DNA from: Candidatus Ratteibacteria bacterium
Lineage (GTDB): Bacteria > CAZDME01 > JAYEMH01
Length of the DNA stretch: 64,000 bases
Assembly: GCA_034717985.1 (NCBI GenBank)
Contig: JAYEMH010000039.1
Coordinates: 1,784-65,783 of the forward strand
Direction: 5' to 3'
Below the pieces are notes generated by a model. That model ran no database searches and was not told the DNA's origin. It saw only the letters and a list, made by a program, of their open reading frames with translations. How positions within the stretch are numbered: the stretch's first letter is position 1; the number at the start of each line of letters is the position of its first letter. Below are positions 27,421-37,650 of the stretch, in pieces. Position numbers and translations under genes: made by a program.

Positions 27421-28317
27421 TCAGGTATGACCGGCAATCGGGCCGTAAGCGCTGCCATTAATAAATTGGTGGACAACCGGGTTATTGGTCTTCTCAATTT
27501 CCTTCGGTGTGCCAATTTCAATTATTCTGCCCTGGTAAAGCATGCCGATACGGTCGGCAATTTTATAGGCACTGCTTATATCATGTGTAACAGCCACTGC
27601 GGTAACCGAAAGTTTGCTGTGCAAATCTAAAATTAAATTATTAATTGCGTCAGCCATAATCGGATCCACGCCGGTAGTCGGCTCGTCATATAAAATTACC
27701 TCCGGATTCATCGCAATCGCCCTGGCCAAAGCAACCCTTTTCTTCATCCCTCCGCTGAGTTCCGAAGGCATTAAATCTTCGATGCTTTCCAGGCCGACTA
27801 AAGAAAGCTTTTCCTTTACCACCCGCCGAAGCTCCTCCTCGCTTATTTTTTTGTGTTTTGCTAAACCAAAAGCGACATTTTCCCCCACCGTAAGAGAATC
27901 AAACAAAGCCGCGCTCTGAAACAGCATGCCGAAACGCAGCCGGATTCCATTCAAATCTTTCTCGGAGATTTTTCCGATATTTCTGCCGTCTATTGAAATT
28001 TCACCTGAATCCGGTTTTAGAATGCCCATTATATGTTTAAGGAGAACACTTTTTCCGCACCCGCTGCGGCCGATTATAACGAAAGTTTCGCCGTGGGCTA
28101 TATTTAAATTCAAATTATCCAGAACTTTCTTTTTATCGAAAAATTTAGTCACCTTCCGAATTTTAATCAATCCGAACTCCTGCTTTCCTTTTAAAATAGC
28201 GCTACTGACAAGAAAAAATCCGATACTAAAATTAACATACAGGAAGCAACCACGGAAATAGTGGTAGACCGCCCCACACCTTCGGCTCCGCCGGTGGTAA
28301 TAAAACCACGGTAACAA
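27421..28317 (-). CDS. mlaF: ABC transporter ATP-binding protein (MlaF-like)
   Basis: Walker A GRSGCGKS, signature LSGGMKKR, Walker B ILYDEP; the tracked N-terminus overlaps mlaE so the true start is probably ~28180 (non-ATG). Confidence 0.8.
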   Translation of the reverse strand: MLPWFYYHRRSRRCGAVYHYFRGCFLYVNFSIGFFLVSSAILKGKQEFGLIKIRKVTKFFDKKKVLDNLNLNIAHGETFVIIGRSGCGKSVLLKHIMGILKPDSGEISIDGRNIGKISEKDLNGIRLRFGMLFQSAALFDSLTVGENVAFGLAKHKKISEEELRRVVKEKLSLVGLESIEDLMPSELSGGMKKRVALARAIAMNPEVILYDEPTTGVDPIMADAINNLILDLHSKLSVTAVAVTHDISSAYKIADRIGMLYQGRIIEIGTPKEIEKTNNPVVHQFINGSAYGPIAGHT

Positions 28318-28967
28318 CTGACAATGGCAATTATCATTCCAAAAACAGAAGCTTTTATGAGTCCATTGATAATATCGCTGGGATTGACAAATTTAAGATT
28401 GTTCAGAAAAAAGGCGCCGTGAACACCCATCATTTTTACTCCAACGAAATATCCCCCGATAATCCCCATGAAATCGCTGAAAACCGTTAAAATGGGAAGG
28501 AGAGTCATACAGGCAATGAAACGAGGAACCACCAAATATTTTATCGGGCTGACAGCCAGGGATTCCAGAGCATCAATTTGTTCGGTAACTTTCATTGTTC
28601 CGAGTTCGGCGGTAATGGCCGCTCCCACCCTTCCGGCTAAAATCAAAGCGGTAAGCACCGGACCCAATTCCCGGGTCATAGAAAAACCCACCACGGCTCC
28701 GATTCCCGATTCAACGGAAAGACGGCGAAATTGATAATATGTTTGAACCACCAATACCATTCCGGTAAAGGCTCCGGTAATTAGAACTACGGGCAGACTT
28801 TTAATTCCAATTTTTACCATTTGGTCAGAAATATTCTTCCTTTCATAGGGAGGCGTAACCATCCAGTAAAGCGTATCAAAAAATAACATGAAAAGCCTGC
28901 CGGCATGGTTAACCGCCTTGAAGCAATAACGGCCTAAGAAATAAAGGAAATGGGCAAACATAAGCAC
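28191..28967 (-). CDS. mlaE: ABC transporter permease (MlaE-like)
   Basis: Multi-TM permease of MlaE/Ttg2B family. Confidence 0.8.
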   Translation of the reverse strand: MLMFAHFLYFLGRYCFKAVNHAGRLFMLFFDTLYWMVTPPYERKNISDQMVKIGIKSLPVVLITGAFTGMVLVVQTYYQFRRLSVESGIGAVVGFSMTRELGPVLTALILAGRVGAAITAELGTMKVTEQIDALESLAVSPIKYLVVPRFIACMTLLPILTVFSDFMGIIGGYFVGVKMMGVHGAFFLNNLKFVNPSDIINGLIKASVFGMIIAIVSCYRGFITTGGAEGVGRSTTISVVASCMLILVSDFFLSVALF

Positions 28968-28974
28968 CTGAGTT

Positions 28975-30345
28975 TTAACCTCCCATCTTCACCAGGTTTT
29001 CAAACCGGGCGTAATCTTCAATAAAAGCCAGTTTAACCGTTCCGGTCGGTCCGTTGCGCTGTTTGCCGATAATAATTTCGGCAATGCCTTTGTTGTCTTC
29101 CGTCGGGGTATAATATTCTTCCCGATAAATAAAAGCGACCAGATCGGCATCCTGCTCTATCGCCCCGGATTCTCTTAAATCGGAAAGCTGCGGCCTTCGA
29201 TTCTGCCGGCCTTCCACCGCCCGGCTTAACTGTGAAATGCCAACAACCGGAAGATTCAACTCCTTGGCCAGCGATTTTAAAGAGCGGGAAATTTCAGAAA
29301 TTTCCTGCTGACGATTTTCCGTTTTTCCCCGGCCCTGCATAAGCTGGAGATAATCCACGATTATTAATTTTATATCCTGGCGGGTCTTAAGCCGACGGGC
29401 TTTAGCCCGCAGTTCTAAAACTGAAATAGCCGCCGAATCATCGATAAAAATTGATGCCTCGGACAATCTTCCGGCAGCAATCGTCAATTTTGGCCAGGCT
29501 GATTCGCCTAAAAAACCGCCTAAAAGTTTTCTGCCGTTCACCCGGGATTCAGACCAGAGCATCCGCTGGACTAACTGTTCTTTGGACATTTCTAAGCTGA
29601 AAAAAGCTACCGGTATTTTTTTCTCCACCGCGACGTGCTGAACGATATTCATACAGAGGGAAGTTTTTCCCATCGCCGGCCGGCTGGCAATAACCACTAA
29701 ATCACCGGCTTGAAATCCAGTTGTCAAATTATCTAAATCTTTAAAGCCGGAAGGCACGCCGGTTATATGCTCTTTACGATTATAAAGGTCTTCAATAACT
29801 TCAAAACTGTCTTTAAGAACCTCTTTGAGCGGAGTGAATGTTTGTTCGATTCGTCTCTGGGCTATCTCAAAAATCATCTGCTCAGCCCGATCCAGAAGAA
29901 TATCCGTGTCCTCGGCGCTTTCATAACTTTCGGTGATAATCCGGGTGGCAGTATTAATCAGATGTCTGAGAAGCGACTTTTCCTTAACAATTTTTGCATA
30001 ATACTCCAGGTGGGCCGAAGTCGGCACGGAATTAATTAAAGAAGTTAGATAAGCCGCCCCTGCAACTTCATCCAATTGTCCGAGTTTCTTGAGTTTGGCC
30101 GTTAGCGTGATTAAATCTATCGCCTCGCGGCGTTCGTACAAATCGAGAATGGCCGCGAAAATCTTTTGATGCCCGTCTTTATAGAAACTTTGCGGCGAGA
30201 GTATTTCTACCGCTCTTCCGATGGCATCCTCCTCCAGAAGCATACAGCCGAGAACAGACATTTCTGCTTCTAAATTTTGCGGAGGAAGTTTCTCTTTGGA
30301 AAGGATTTCTTTTCCTGCCATAACTATCACTCCTTTATCACCCAC
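28975..30345 (-). CDS. dnaB: replicative DNA helicase
   Basis: N-terminal PQNLEAEMSVLGCML, Walker A RPAMGKTS, full DnaB architecture. Confidence 0.9.
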   Translation of the reverse strand: MGDKGVIVMAGKEILSKEKLPPQNLEAEMSVLGCMLLEEDAIGRAVEILSPQSFYKDGHQKIFAAILDLYERREAIDLITLTAKLKKLGQLDEVAGAAYLTSLINSVPTSAHLEYYAKIVKEKSLLRHLINTATRIITESYESAEDTDILLDRAEQMIFEIAQRRIEQTFTPLKEVLKDSFEVIEDLYNRKEHITGVPSGFKDLDNLTTGFQAGDLVVIASRPAMGKTSLCMNIVQHVAVEKKIPVAFFSLEMSKEQLVQRMLWSESRVNGRKLLGGFLGESAWPKLTIAAGRLSEASIFIDDSAAISVLELRAKARRLKTRQDIKLIIVDYLQLMQGRGKTENRQQEISEISRSLKSLAKELNLPVVGISQLSRAVEGRQNRRPQLSDLRESGAIEQDADLVAFIYREEYYTPTEDNKGIAEIIIGKQRNGPTGTVKLAFIEDYARFENLVKMGG

Positions 30346-30770
30346 ACCTTGGTGGTAACTTCTACTTCCGGATGAAGTTTAATTGCGACATGATAAATAC
30401 CCAGGCTTTTTATGGGCTCGCCCAATACAATTTTTCTCTTATCGATTTGGATACCTTCTCTGGCCAGGGCATCGGCAATATCCTGCGAGGTTACCGAACC
30501 ATGGAGTTTGTTATCCTCTCCGGCTAAAACCTTGATGGTGCTGGAAATACTCTCTATTTTTTGAGCTAACTTCCGGAAGGACTCCGTTTCTTTCTCTTTT
30601 TTTTTGGACTCGCTTTTCCTTTCCTCATTGATAATCTTCATATTACCCGGTGTCGCTTTCAAGGCCAAATCTCCGGCAATAAGAAAATTCCGGGCGTAGC
30701 CAGCGGCAACCTCAACAACATCGTTTTCCTTTCCTACCCCTGCAACTTCCTTTTTTAAAATGACTTTCAT
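30327..30770 (-). CDS. rplI: 50S ribosomal protein L9
   Basis: MKVILKKEVAGVGKENDVVEVAAGYARNFLI. Confidence 0.85.
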   Translation of the reverse strand: MKVILKKEVAGVGKENDVVEVAAGYARNFLIAGDLALKATPGNMKIINEERKSESKKKEKETESFRKLAQKIESISSTIKVLAGEDNKLHGSVTSQDIADALAREGIQIDKRKIVLGEPIKSLGIYHVAIKLHPEVEVTTKVWVIKE

Positions 30771-30881
30771 TGGTTTCTCCCTTTCCTAATAAAGTCCATA
30801 GACCACAGTTCTATTTTAGTCCATAGTCCATAGAGAAAGCAAAAAGATCTATCGACTGTGGACTGATAACTATGGACTATT

Positions 30882-31130
30882 TCATTCTGCGACAAAAGGC
30901 AAAAGGTTGACTGCCCTTGCCCTTTTAATCACTTTGGCTAACATCCTCTGATGATAAGTGCAGTTCCCGGAAATACGACGCGGAATAATTTTGCCTCTTT
31001 CCGTAATGTAGCGCCGGAGCCTCGGTGTATCTTTATAATCAACTGAATCGAGTTTCTCAACACAAAATTTACAAACCTTTTTCTTATAAAAAGTCTTTTT
31101 TTTTCTTGGTATTTTTTTTCTTTTCGCCAT
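30882..31130 (-). CDS. rpsR: 30S ribosomal protein S18
   Basis: CKFC...[23 protein letters not shown] signature. Confidence 0.9.
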   Translation of the reverse strand: MAKRKKIPRKKKTFYKKKVCKFCVEKLDSVDYKDTPRLRRYITERGKIIPRRISGNCTYHQRMLAKVIKRARAVNLLPFVAE

Positions 31131-31146
31131 TTATCCTCTCCTTTTC

Positions 31147-31575
31147 CTAAAAGGGCACTTCGTCGTTTTTACTGCCCAAATCGATAACTGTTTCATTCTT
31201 TTTCTCAACTTCTTCTCCTGTTTTGGGAGCCGCTGCTCCGCCGGGTCGTCCCCCTAAAAACTGGACCCTTTCGGCAATAACATCTAATGCGCTCCGCTTT
31301 TCCCCGGATTGAGTCTCCCAGGAACGGCTCTGAAGTCTCCCCTCAACAAAAACAGGGCGCCCTTTATTTAAAAACCGGCTGCAGCTTTCCCCCTGTTTTC
31401 CCCAGACAACAATACGCAGAAAACAAACTTCCTCTTTTTTCTCCCGGTTAGCGGTCATGTAAACACGGTTAATCGCTATCCCAAAATTACATACCGGCCG
31501 GCCGTCAGGCAGGTAACGCAATTCAGGATCACGGGTGAGATTTCCGATGAGAAAAACTTTATTCAGATTAGCCAT
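31147..31575 (-). CDS. ssb: single-stranded DNA-binding protein
   Basis: MANLNKVFLIGNLTRDPELRY OB-fold N-terminus, acidic tail DEVPF. Confidence 0.9.
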   Translation of the reverse strand: MANLNKVFLIGNLTRDPELRYLPDGRPVCNFGIAINRVYMTANREKKEEVCFLRIVVWGKQGESCSRFLNKGRPVFVEGRLQSRSWETQSGEKRSALDVIAERVQFLGGRPGGAAAPKTGEEVEKKNETVIDLGSKNDEVPF

Positions 31576-31867
31576 TTTTTTGTTCTCCTGTTTTAAAGAT
31601 AGAAAAGCGTAAAATGTTTTCTTTAAGCTGCCAGACCTTTCTTAATGCAGCTAAAACATCTTGAGGAATGGAAAAGTAAAGAAGATAAGATAGAGCATCT
31701 TTTTTCCCTTTGATAGAATACTGCAATCTTTTTTTACCCCATTCTTCAATCTTTTCCACTGTGCCTTTGGACTGTTTGATTAAATCCTCGATTGACTTAA
31801 CAGTTTCCTTTAACTTTTGCTCATCCATAACCGGATCAAGGAAAAACAAGCCTTCATAATGTCTCAA
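31568..31867 (-). CDS. rpsF: 30S ribosomal protein S6
   Basis: MRHYEGLFFLDP N-terminus; rpsF-ssb-rpsR-rplI order. Confidence 0.85.
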   Translation of the reverse strand: MRHYEGLFFLDPVMDEQKLKETVKSIEDLIKQSKGTVEKIEEWGKKRLQYSIKGKKDALSYLLYFSIPQDVLAALRKVWQLKENILRFSIFKTGEQKNG

Positions 31868-31953
31868 AATTCCACCTCCTTTTGACCGTTAAACAGTTAA
31901 CTGGTTCGCCTGTTAGCCGGTTAACCCGCTAACTGGTTTACTGGCTAACCAGT

Positions 31954-33042
31954 TTATCTGAATTTAAATTGAACAATATCTCCATCCTGCATTTGATAAT
32001 CTTTAGCCTCGGTCTTGATAAGACCCTTTTCCTTTAAGGCCGGAGGAGAAGCAAACTTTTCCAGAGCGGAAAATTTGTATACCTCGGCACATATAAAACC
32101 CTTTTCCATATCAGAATGAATTTTCCCGGCCGCCTGTTTAGCCGGAGTTCCCCTGGCGATCGGCCAGGCTTGAACCAATCCATCTTCAGCAGTAAAAAAA
32201 GTAATAAGGTCCAAAACTTTGTAAGCGCCGCGCACCAGATTTTCTAACGATTCCTCTTTTAAGCCTAAACCTTTCTTGAATTCTTCTCTTTCTGATTCCT
32301 GGAGTTCCGCTAATTCTCCTTCCCATGAGGCACACAGCGCCGCCACTTCGGCTTTTTCATTCCTGATTTTCTTTCTTATCGCCTCAAGGAAAGGATGATT
32401 GCATCTGGGAATAACTTTTTCGCCGACATTAGCCGCATAAAGCACCGGCTTGAAGGTCAGAAGCGCATATTCCTTGATTTTTCCGGTTTCTTCCGGCGAA
32501 AATGAAAGCTGACTGAGTTTTTCTCCGCCGGACAAGGCATCCTTCAGCTTTTTCAGTAATTTCTTTTCTTCGTTGAATTTTCCTTCACCGGTCCGAATCT
32601 GTCTTTCGACTTTTTCCAATCTTCTTTCAATTAGATTGAGATCGGCCAGCAGCAGTTCCGTATCGATTATCTCTATATCGCGAACCGGGTCCAATTGAAC
32701 GTCAATATGAGCAATCTCTTTATTCTCAAAACAACGCACCAGATGAATTAAAGCATCCGCTTCTCTGACATAGGAAAGAAATTCATTCCCTAAGCCCTCT
32801 CCGTGACCAGCTCCTTTGACCAATCCGGCTAAATCAATAATTTTTATCTGAGCGGGGAGTTTTTTCTTTCCTTGAAGCAGCCTGAAAATTACATCCAATC
32901 GCTCATCATTTACCCGGGCAAAACCAACATTCGGCTTTATAGTGCAAAAGGGATAATTCGAAACTCCGGCCTCTGCCCGGGTCAAAGCATTAAACAGGGT
33001 CGATTTGCCGACATTGGGTAATCCCAGTATCCCCACTTGCAT
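31954..33042 (-). CDS. ychF: ribosome-binding ATPase YchF
   Basis: GILGLPNVGKSTLFNALT G1 motif, TGS domain C-terminus. Confidence 0.9.
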   Translation of the reverse strand: MQVGILGLPNVGKSTLFNALTRAEAGVSNYPFCTIKPNVGFARVNDERLDVIFRLLQGKKKLPAQIKIIDLAGLVKGAGHGEGLGNEFLSYVREADALIHLVRCFENKEIAHIDVQLDPVRDIEIIDTELLLADLNLIERRLEKVERQIRTGEGKFNEEKKLLKKLKDALSGGEKLSQLSFSPEETGKIKEYALLTFKPVLYAANVGEKVIPRCNHPFLEAIRKKIRNEKAEVAALCASWEGELAELQESEREEFKKGLGLKEESLENLVRGAYKVLDLITFFTAEDGLVQAWPIARGTPAKQAAGKIHSDMEKGFICAEVYKFSALEKFASPPALKEKGLIKTEAKDYQMQDGDIVQFKFR

Positions 33043-33139
33043 TAAATTTTCTCCTCAGAAATAGGCTGTAGGTTATTGAACATAGGTTATAGGTTTTCTG
33101 CCTACTACCTATTACCTATCACCTTTAGCACAAAATTTA

Positions 33140-35260
33140 TTACTTGAACAATGAGTTTTTCAGTATAAAACTGGCAAAAACAATGGAAACCATAGACATT
33201 AGTTTAATTAAAATGTTCAGGGCCGGGCCAGCCGTATCCTTCAAAGGATCGCCTACCGTATCACCTACGACGGCCGCTTTATGGGCAAAGGTGCCTTTCT
33301 CTCCCTCTTGAGACTCAATCATCTTTTTGGCATTATCCCAGATACCGCCCGCGTTGGCCATAGTAATGGCTAAAGTAAATCCACAGATTAAGGCGCCGGC
33401 CAAAAGTCCGGCCACCGCCTCAACACCAAAAAGCAGGCCAATAAGTATCGGTGAAAGTATCGCGACCGCCGCCGGCAAAACCATCTCTTTCTGGGCCGCT
33501 CTGGTGCAAAGGTCGACACAGCGAGCATAATCGGCCTTTGCCTTGCCTTCCATTAAACCGGATATTTCTCTAAACTGACGCCGCACCTCTTCCACAATAC
33601 TGTAAGCTGTCCGTCCGACCGCCTTGATAGTCAAAGAGGAAAACAAAAAGGGAAGCATCCCGCCGATAAATAAACCGCAAATAACCGCCGGGTTCAGCAA
33701 TGATAAATTGATAGCCAGGGAAAGGTTTTCTCTGGTCATAATGATAATCAGCTCGTTACGATAAGCGGCAATCAAAGCCAGGGCCGTTAACGCGGCCGAA
33801 CCAATGGCAAATCCCTTTCCGGTTGCCGCGGTCGTATTGCCTAAAGCATCAAGGGCATCGGTCCGCTGGCGAACCTCCGGCGGTAAACCGGACATCTGGG
33901 CATTTCCTCCGGCATTATCCGCCACCGGGCCATAGGCATCGGTAGCTAAGGTCATTCCTAAGGTAGAAAGCATTCCCACAGCGGCAATACCCACTCCGTA
34001 AAGACCTAAATTGGGATTCTGGGCCCCGCCGGAAGCAAAATAGCTTATTAAAATAGCCAGGGCGACCGTTATAACCGGGATTGAAGAAGCGAGCATTCCC
34101 CAGGCTAAACCGTTAATAATGGTTACCGCCGGCCCGCTCCGGGCTGACTGAGCAACCTGACGAGTCGGTGAATAACGGCTGGAGGTAAAAAATTCCGTTG
34201 AAACTCCGATAATTAATCCGGCCAGAAGTCCGGTCAAAACTGCCCAGTAGATATTAAAAAATTGACTTCCCAAAACAAACCTGATTAAAAAGTAAGCGCC
34301 GCCGGCAACCAAAATGGCGGTGCTAAAAATACCCCGGCGCAAAGCTTTAAGCAGGACAGCCGCCTCTGCTTTATCCCCGGCTTTAATAAAAAACGTCCCG
34401 ATAATCGAGGCAACAACTCCAATAGCCGCCATCAGCATCGGGACAACCAATCCATAAATGCCTAAACCGGCCGCCACGCCTAAAGCGGCCGCCGCCACAA
34501 TGGTGCCAACGTAAGATTCGTAAAGATCGGCACCCATTCCGGCGACATCACCAACATTATCTCCGACGTTATCGGCGATAACAGCGGCATTCCTGGGGTC
34601 ATCTTCAGGAATATTCGCCTCGACTTTGCCGACTAAATCAGCGCCAACATCCGCTGCCTTGGTAAAAATGCCTCCGCCGACTCTGGCAAAGAGAGCCTGA
34701 AAACTCGCCCCCATACCGAAACAAAGCATGGTGCTGGTAATATATTGGATTTTTTGCGTTTTAAGAATTTCTCCGGCTAACACCTTTGCCTGATAGTACC
34801 AGTCCAGAAGGTAATACCAGATACTCAAATCCAAAAGCCCTAAACCGACCACCAATAGACCCATCACTGCCCCGCTGGAAAAAGCCACCTTTAAGCCCTG
34901 GTTAAGGCTGAATCTGGCCGCCTGAGCAGTCCTTCCGCCCGCCTGGGTAGAAATTTTCAAACCCAAAAAACCGGCTAGCCCTGAGAAAAAACCGCCGGTT
35001 AGAAAAGCAAACGGCACAAAAATAACCAGGTAACCCCGCCAGGCCAGAAAAAGCAGTACTAAAAACATAAAAGCAAAAAATATTCCGACGACAGAGTACT
35101 GCCTTTTTATATACGCCAGAGCGCCCTCTTTAACCGCCTGGGCAATTTCCTTCATCTTCGGGGTGCCTTCGTCTTTTTTCATAACGTAGCGAGTGAGAAA
35201 AGCGGCAAAAATCAAAGCCGCTATCGAACCAACAAAAGCCAGCCAAATTAGGTTAACCAT
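33140..35260 (-). CDS. hppA: membrane-bound proton/sodium-translocating pyrophosphatase
   Basis: GADLVGKVE and DNVGDNVGD signature motifs, ~16 TM, 706 aa. Confidence 0.9.
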   Translation of the reverse strand: MVNLIWLAFVGSIAALIFAAFLTRYVMKKDEGTPKMKEIAQAVKEGALAYIKRQYSVVGIFFAFMFLVLLFLAWRGYLVIFVPFAFLTGGFFSGLAGFLGLKISTQAGGRTAQAARFSLNQGLKVAFSSGAVMGLLVVGLGLLDLSIWYYLLDWYYQAKVLAGEILKTQKIQYITSTMLCFGMGASFQALFARVGGGIFTKAADVGADLVGKVEANIPEDDPRNAAVIADNVGDNVGDVAGMGADLYESYVGTIVAAAALGVAAGLGIYGLVVPMLMAAIGVVASIIGTFFIKAGDKAEAAVLLKALRRGIFSTAILVAGGAYFLIRFVLGSQFFNIYWAVLTGLLAGLIIGVSTEFFTSSRYSPTRQVAQSARSGPAVTIINGLAWGMLASSIPVITVALAILISYFASGGAQNPNLGLYGVGIAAVGMLSTLGMTLATDAYGPVADNAGGNAQMSGLPPEVRQRTDALDALGNTTAATGKGFAIGSAALTALALIAAYRNELIIIMTRENLSLAINLSLLNPAVICGLFIGGMLPFLFSSLTIKAVGRTAYSIVEEVRRQFREISGLMEGKAKADYARCVDLCTRAAQKEMVLPAAVAILSPILIGLLFGVEAVAGLLAGALICGFTLAITMANAGGIWDNAKKMIESQEGEKGTFAHKAAVVGDTVGDPLKDTAGPALNILIKLMSMVSIVFASFILKNSLFK

Positions 35261-35301
35261 TTATTCTCCTTCCAAATTTCCCTTTTATCCACTTATTCAA
35301 A

Positions 35302-35451
35302 TTAAACTTTATCCGGCGAAATAAGAACAGTCTTACCGTTCTTCCAAATAGCAAGAGGACGGCCTGTTTTTTTGTGTCGAGCCACTACTCCTTTCACAGC
35401 TTCTTTCAGGGCAAGCATTGCTTTATCCTGCAAAGACATCCTTTTTTTCAT
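35302..35451 (-). CDS. small basic hypothetical protein (49 aa), possible cognate partner of upstream zeta-like kinase (not in ORF track)
   Basis: Own translation MKKRMSLQDKAMLALKEAVKGVVARHKKTGRPLAIWKNGKTVLISPDKV; ATG lies 5 nt after the zeta-like gene stop. Confidence 0.25.
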   Translation of the reverse strand: MKKRMSLQDKAMLALKEAVKGVVARHKKTGRPLAIWKNGKTVLISPDKV

Positions 35452-35455
35452 AAAT

Positions 35456-36034
35456 TTACCTCGCTAATAATTTTATTTTTTCAAATAACCCTTGATGGAT
35501 TATTGAAACCTGCCCATTTTTTGTTTTTGCTATTAATGTTGGGATAGATCCGGCATTATCAAACAGCATCCACGAATCAAGTAAAGGCTGGTATAATTTA
35601 AAAAAGTTGCAGATCGACCTTTTAAAACGTCTTCTCACATCTTGCGCCGGAACATTGTGCCCACCGTATGAAATCCGATCCTTAATACGGGCTATAGCCA
35701 GCTCTTCATCCGGAATCCACAAAAAGAATAGGTGAAGCTTGTACCCTTTTGTTCTTAATTCCTTGAAAAAATTAACATATGATTTACCTGCAAGTGTTGA
35801 TTCAAATGAAAAATCTATCCCGGCCCTAGCAAATTCATGAATTTGACTTAGAACAAGTTTTCCTGCTTTAATGGCTTCGCTTCGAGGAGAAAAGGGCGAA
35901 AGTCCTTGCGCGATAAGATCCGCATTGACAAAATTTGGACATTTTGCATAGTTAGGCAAAAATTCCTTAGCAAAGGTTGTTTTACCTGAACCATTAGGTC
36001 CCGCTATTATGTAAACGTTTTTATAGTTCTTCAT
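35456..36034 (-). CDS. zeta-toxin/AAA_33-like P-loop kinase
   Basis: IIAGPNGSGKTTFAKEF Walker A, ~190 aa compact kinase fold resembling zeta toxin/COG4185. Confidence 0.55.
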   Translation of the reverse strand: MKNYKNVYIIAGPNGSGKTTFAKEFLPNYAKCPNFVNADLIAQGLSPFSPRSEAIKAGKLVLSQIHEFARAGIDFSFESTLAGKSYVNFFKELRTKGYKLHLFFLWIPDEELAIARIKDRISYGGHNVPAQDVRRRFKRSICNFFKLYQPLLDSWMLFDNAGSIPTLIAKTKNGQVSIIHQGLFEKIKLLAR

Positions 36035-36124
36035 TTGTCTTATGTTTATTGTTTGTCGTCTGTGGTCTATTATCTGTGGTCAGCGGTCTATCTTTTTGTC
36101 TATCCGTGTTTAATGGCTGCCGAG

Positions 36125-36198
36125 CTAGGACTCGAACCTAGAAACCGGGCTCCAAAAACCCGTGTGTTGCCATTACACTACTCGGCAGTTAAATCCGT
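36125..36198 (-). tRNA. tRNA-Gln (anticodon UUG), CCA encoded
   Basis: Hand-folded cloverleaf: acceptor UGCCGAG/CUCGGCA with U1:A72 and G73 (GlnRS identity elements), D arm GUGU/ACAC, anticodon stem CGGGU/GCCCG with loop UUUUGGA, T arm CUAGG-UUCGAGU-CCUAG, 3' GCCA. Confidence 0.8.
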
Positions 36199-36283
36199 AT
36201 TTCGTGAATCGTAATTCCTGAATCGTTTTTAACATCTTACTATTCACTATTCACCATCCACTATTCACCGTTTTTAAGAACGT

Positions 36284-36370
36284 TGATTCTATTAAACCTA
36301 TTCATTGCTGCTTTCAGACCATGGCGGATAAAAACCTCTATTGGCAGGGTAATAAGTAAAAAGGGGTAGG
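36284..36370 (-). pseudogene. diverged duplicate of the pth 3' end (encodes ...IEVFIRHGLKAAMNRFNRINVL-like peptide)
   Basis: 24-bp exact match GATTCTATTAAACCTATTCATTGC plus ~65% identity over a further ~60 bp to pth codons at 37084-37170. Confidence 0.6.
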
Positions 36371-36390
36371 TTCTATCAAACCTAAAATCT

Positions 36391-36735
36391 TTAATCAAAT
36401 TCCCCAACCTCCACTTTTAGTATTTTAGCCTTCAAATCAAAAATATCCTCTTTAATAACCTTCCAAGTTCGCTCTAAATTTACCCCAGAGTATTCGTGAA
36501 TAAGAATATCTCTCATTCCAGCAATCTTTTTCCATGGTATTTCAGGGTATTTTTCTCTGAATTCCAAAGGAATATTCTTTACCGCCTCACCTATAATTTC
36601 CAATCGTCTTAAAACAGCATCCTGTATCTGAGTATTTTCAAAAAAGTCATCCCCGGTAATTTCTTTTGTATATTCTTCTATTTTCCCGATGCAGTCCAAA
36701 ATATCCTCGATATATACCCGCATGTTTTTTTTCAT
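36391..36735 (-). CDS. hepT: HepT/DUF86 HEPN toxin
   Basis: [15 protein letters not shown] and RDILIHEY (Rx4HxY) HEPN motifs. Confidence 0.7.
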   Translation of the reverse strand: MKKNMRVYIEDILDCIGKIEEYTKEITGDDFFENTQIQDAVLRRLEIIGEAVKNIPLEFREKYPEIPWKKIAGMRDILIHEYSGVNLERTWKVIKEDIFDLKAKILKVEVGEFD

Positions 36736-37019
36736 AGAATCGCCACCTGTTCTTTTAAAATCTTCTCCTTAAGAAGGGGCTTGATTGTATTGTACTCCAC
36801 CAAATCTACTCTTCTCCCTAACTTTTCTTCAATTTCCAGTTTAACCCCTACAAAATCGAGTAAGCTGATATCCTTCTCAATTTCTACCAATATATCAATA
36901 TCGCTATCCTCTCTCATCTCTCCTCGAACACAGGAGCCAAATAATCCTATTTTTTTCACCCCATAGCGCTGTAAAATTGGAAGAATTTTTCGCTTTATCT
37001 CATCTATGTTTTTCGTCAT
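36732..37019 (-). CDS. mntA: MntA-type nucleotidyltransferase antitoxin
   Basis: [22 protein letters not shown]. Confidence 0.7.
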   Translation of the reverse strand: MTKNIDEIKRKILPILQRYGVKKIGLFGSCVRGEMREDSDIDILVEIEKDISLLDFVGVKLEIEEKLGRRVDLVEYNTIKPLLKEKILKEQVAIL

Positions 37020-37083
37020 ATCATCACCCTTAGAACATAGCGACTATTGATTTTCCCTCTGTGGTTAAATTCTTTGCCTGTGG

Positions 37084-37650
37084 TTAATTCAAAACATCGA
37101 TTCTATTAAACCTATTCATTGCCGGTTCAATGCCGTCGGTGATAAAGACTTCTATCGTCTGGATTATATAATCAATAAAAAAAGGTAAATCTCTTTTCTG
37201 CTTTTGGCTGAATTCAGCCAGCACATAATTACTCAACTCTCTTTTTTCCCCTCCCTCAACCCCCAATCGCAAACGTGGAAATTCACCCGTTCCTAACACT
37301 TCAATAATGGATTTTAACCCGTTATGCCCCCCGGCGGATCCCTTCCCCCGAAAACGCACTTTTCCCCAGGGAAGATTAACATCATCTACCACAACCAATA
37401 TATTTTTTAATTTTAAGCGAAACTTCTTGACTAATTGTTTAACTGTTCCGCCGCTTAAATTAACATAGGTAAGCGGCCTGGCTAAAATTACTGTTTCTTT
37501 TCCCATAAGAATCTTTCCCCACCGGGCCGAATAATCTTTCTTATCCAATTTAATTTCATGCTTTTTCGCCAGAGCCTCAACTGCTAAAAAACCAAAATTG
37601 TGCCGGGTCTTCCGGTAACGCGGCCCCGGATTCCCCAAGCCAACAATCAT
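37084..37650 (-). CDS. pth: peptidyl-tRNA hydrolase
   Basis: MIVGLGNPGPRYRKTRHNFGF; start moved to internal Met because the tracked N-terminal extension is translated repeat DNA. Confidence 0.85.
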   Translation of the reverse strand: MIVGLGNPGPRYRKTRHNFGFLAVEALAKKHEIKLDKKDYSARWGKILMGKETVILARPLTYVNLSGGTVKQLVKKFRLKLKNILVVVDDVNLPWGKVRFRGKGSAGGHNGLKSIIEVLGTGEFPRLRLGVEGGEKRELSNYVLAEFSQKQKRDLPFFIDYIIQTIEVFITDGIEPAMNRFNRIDVLN

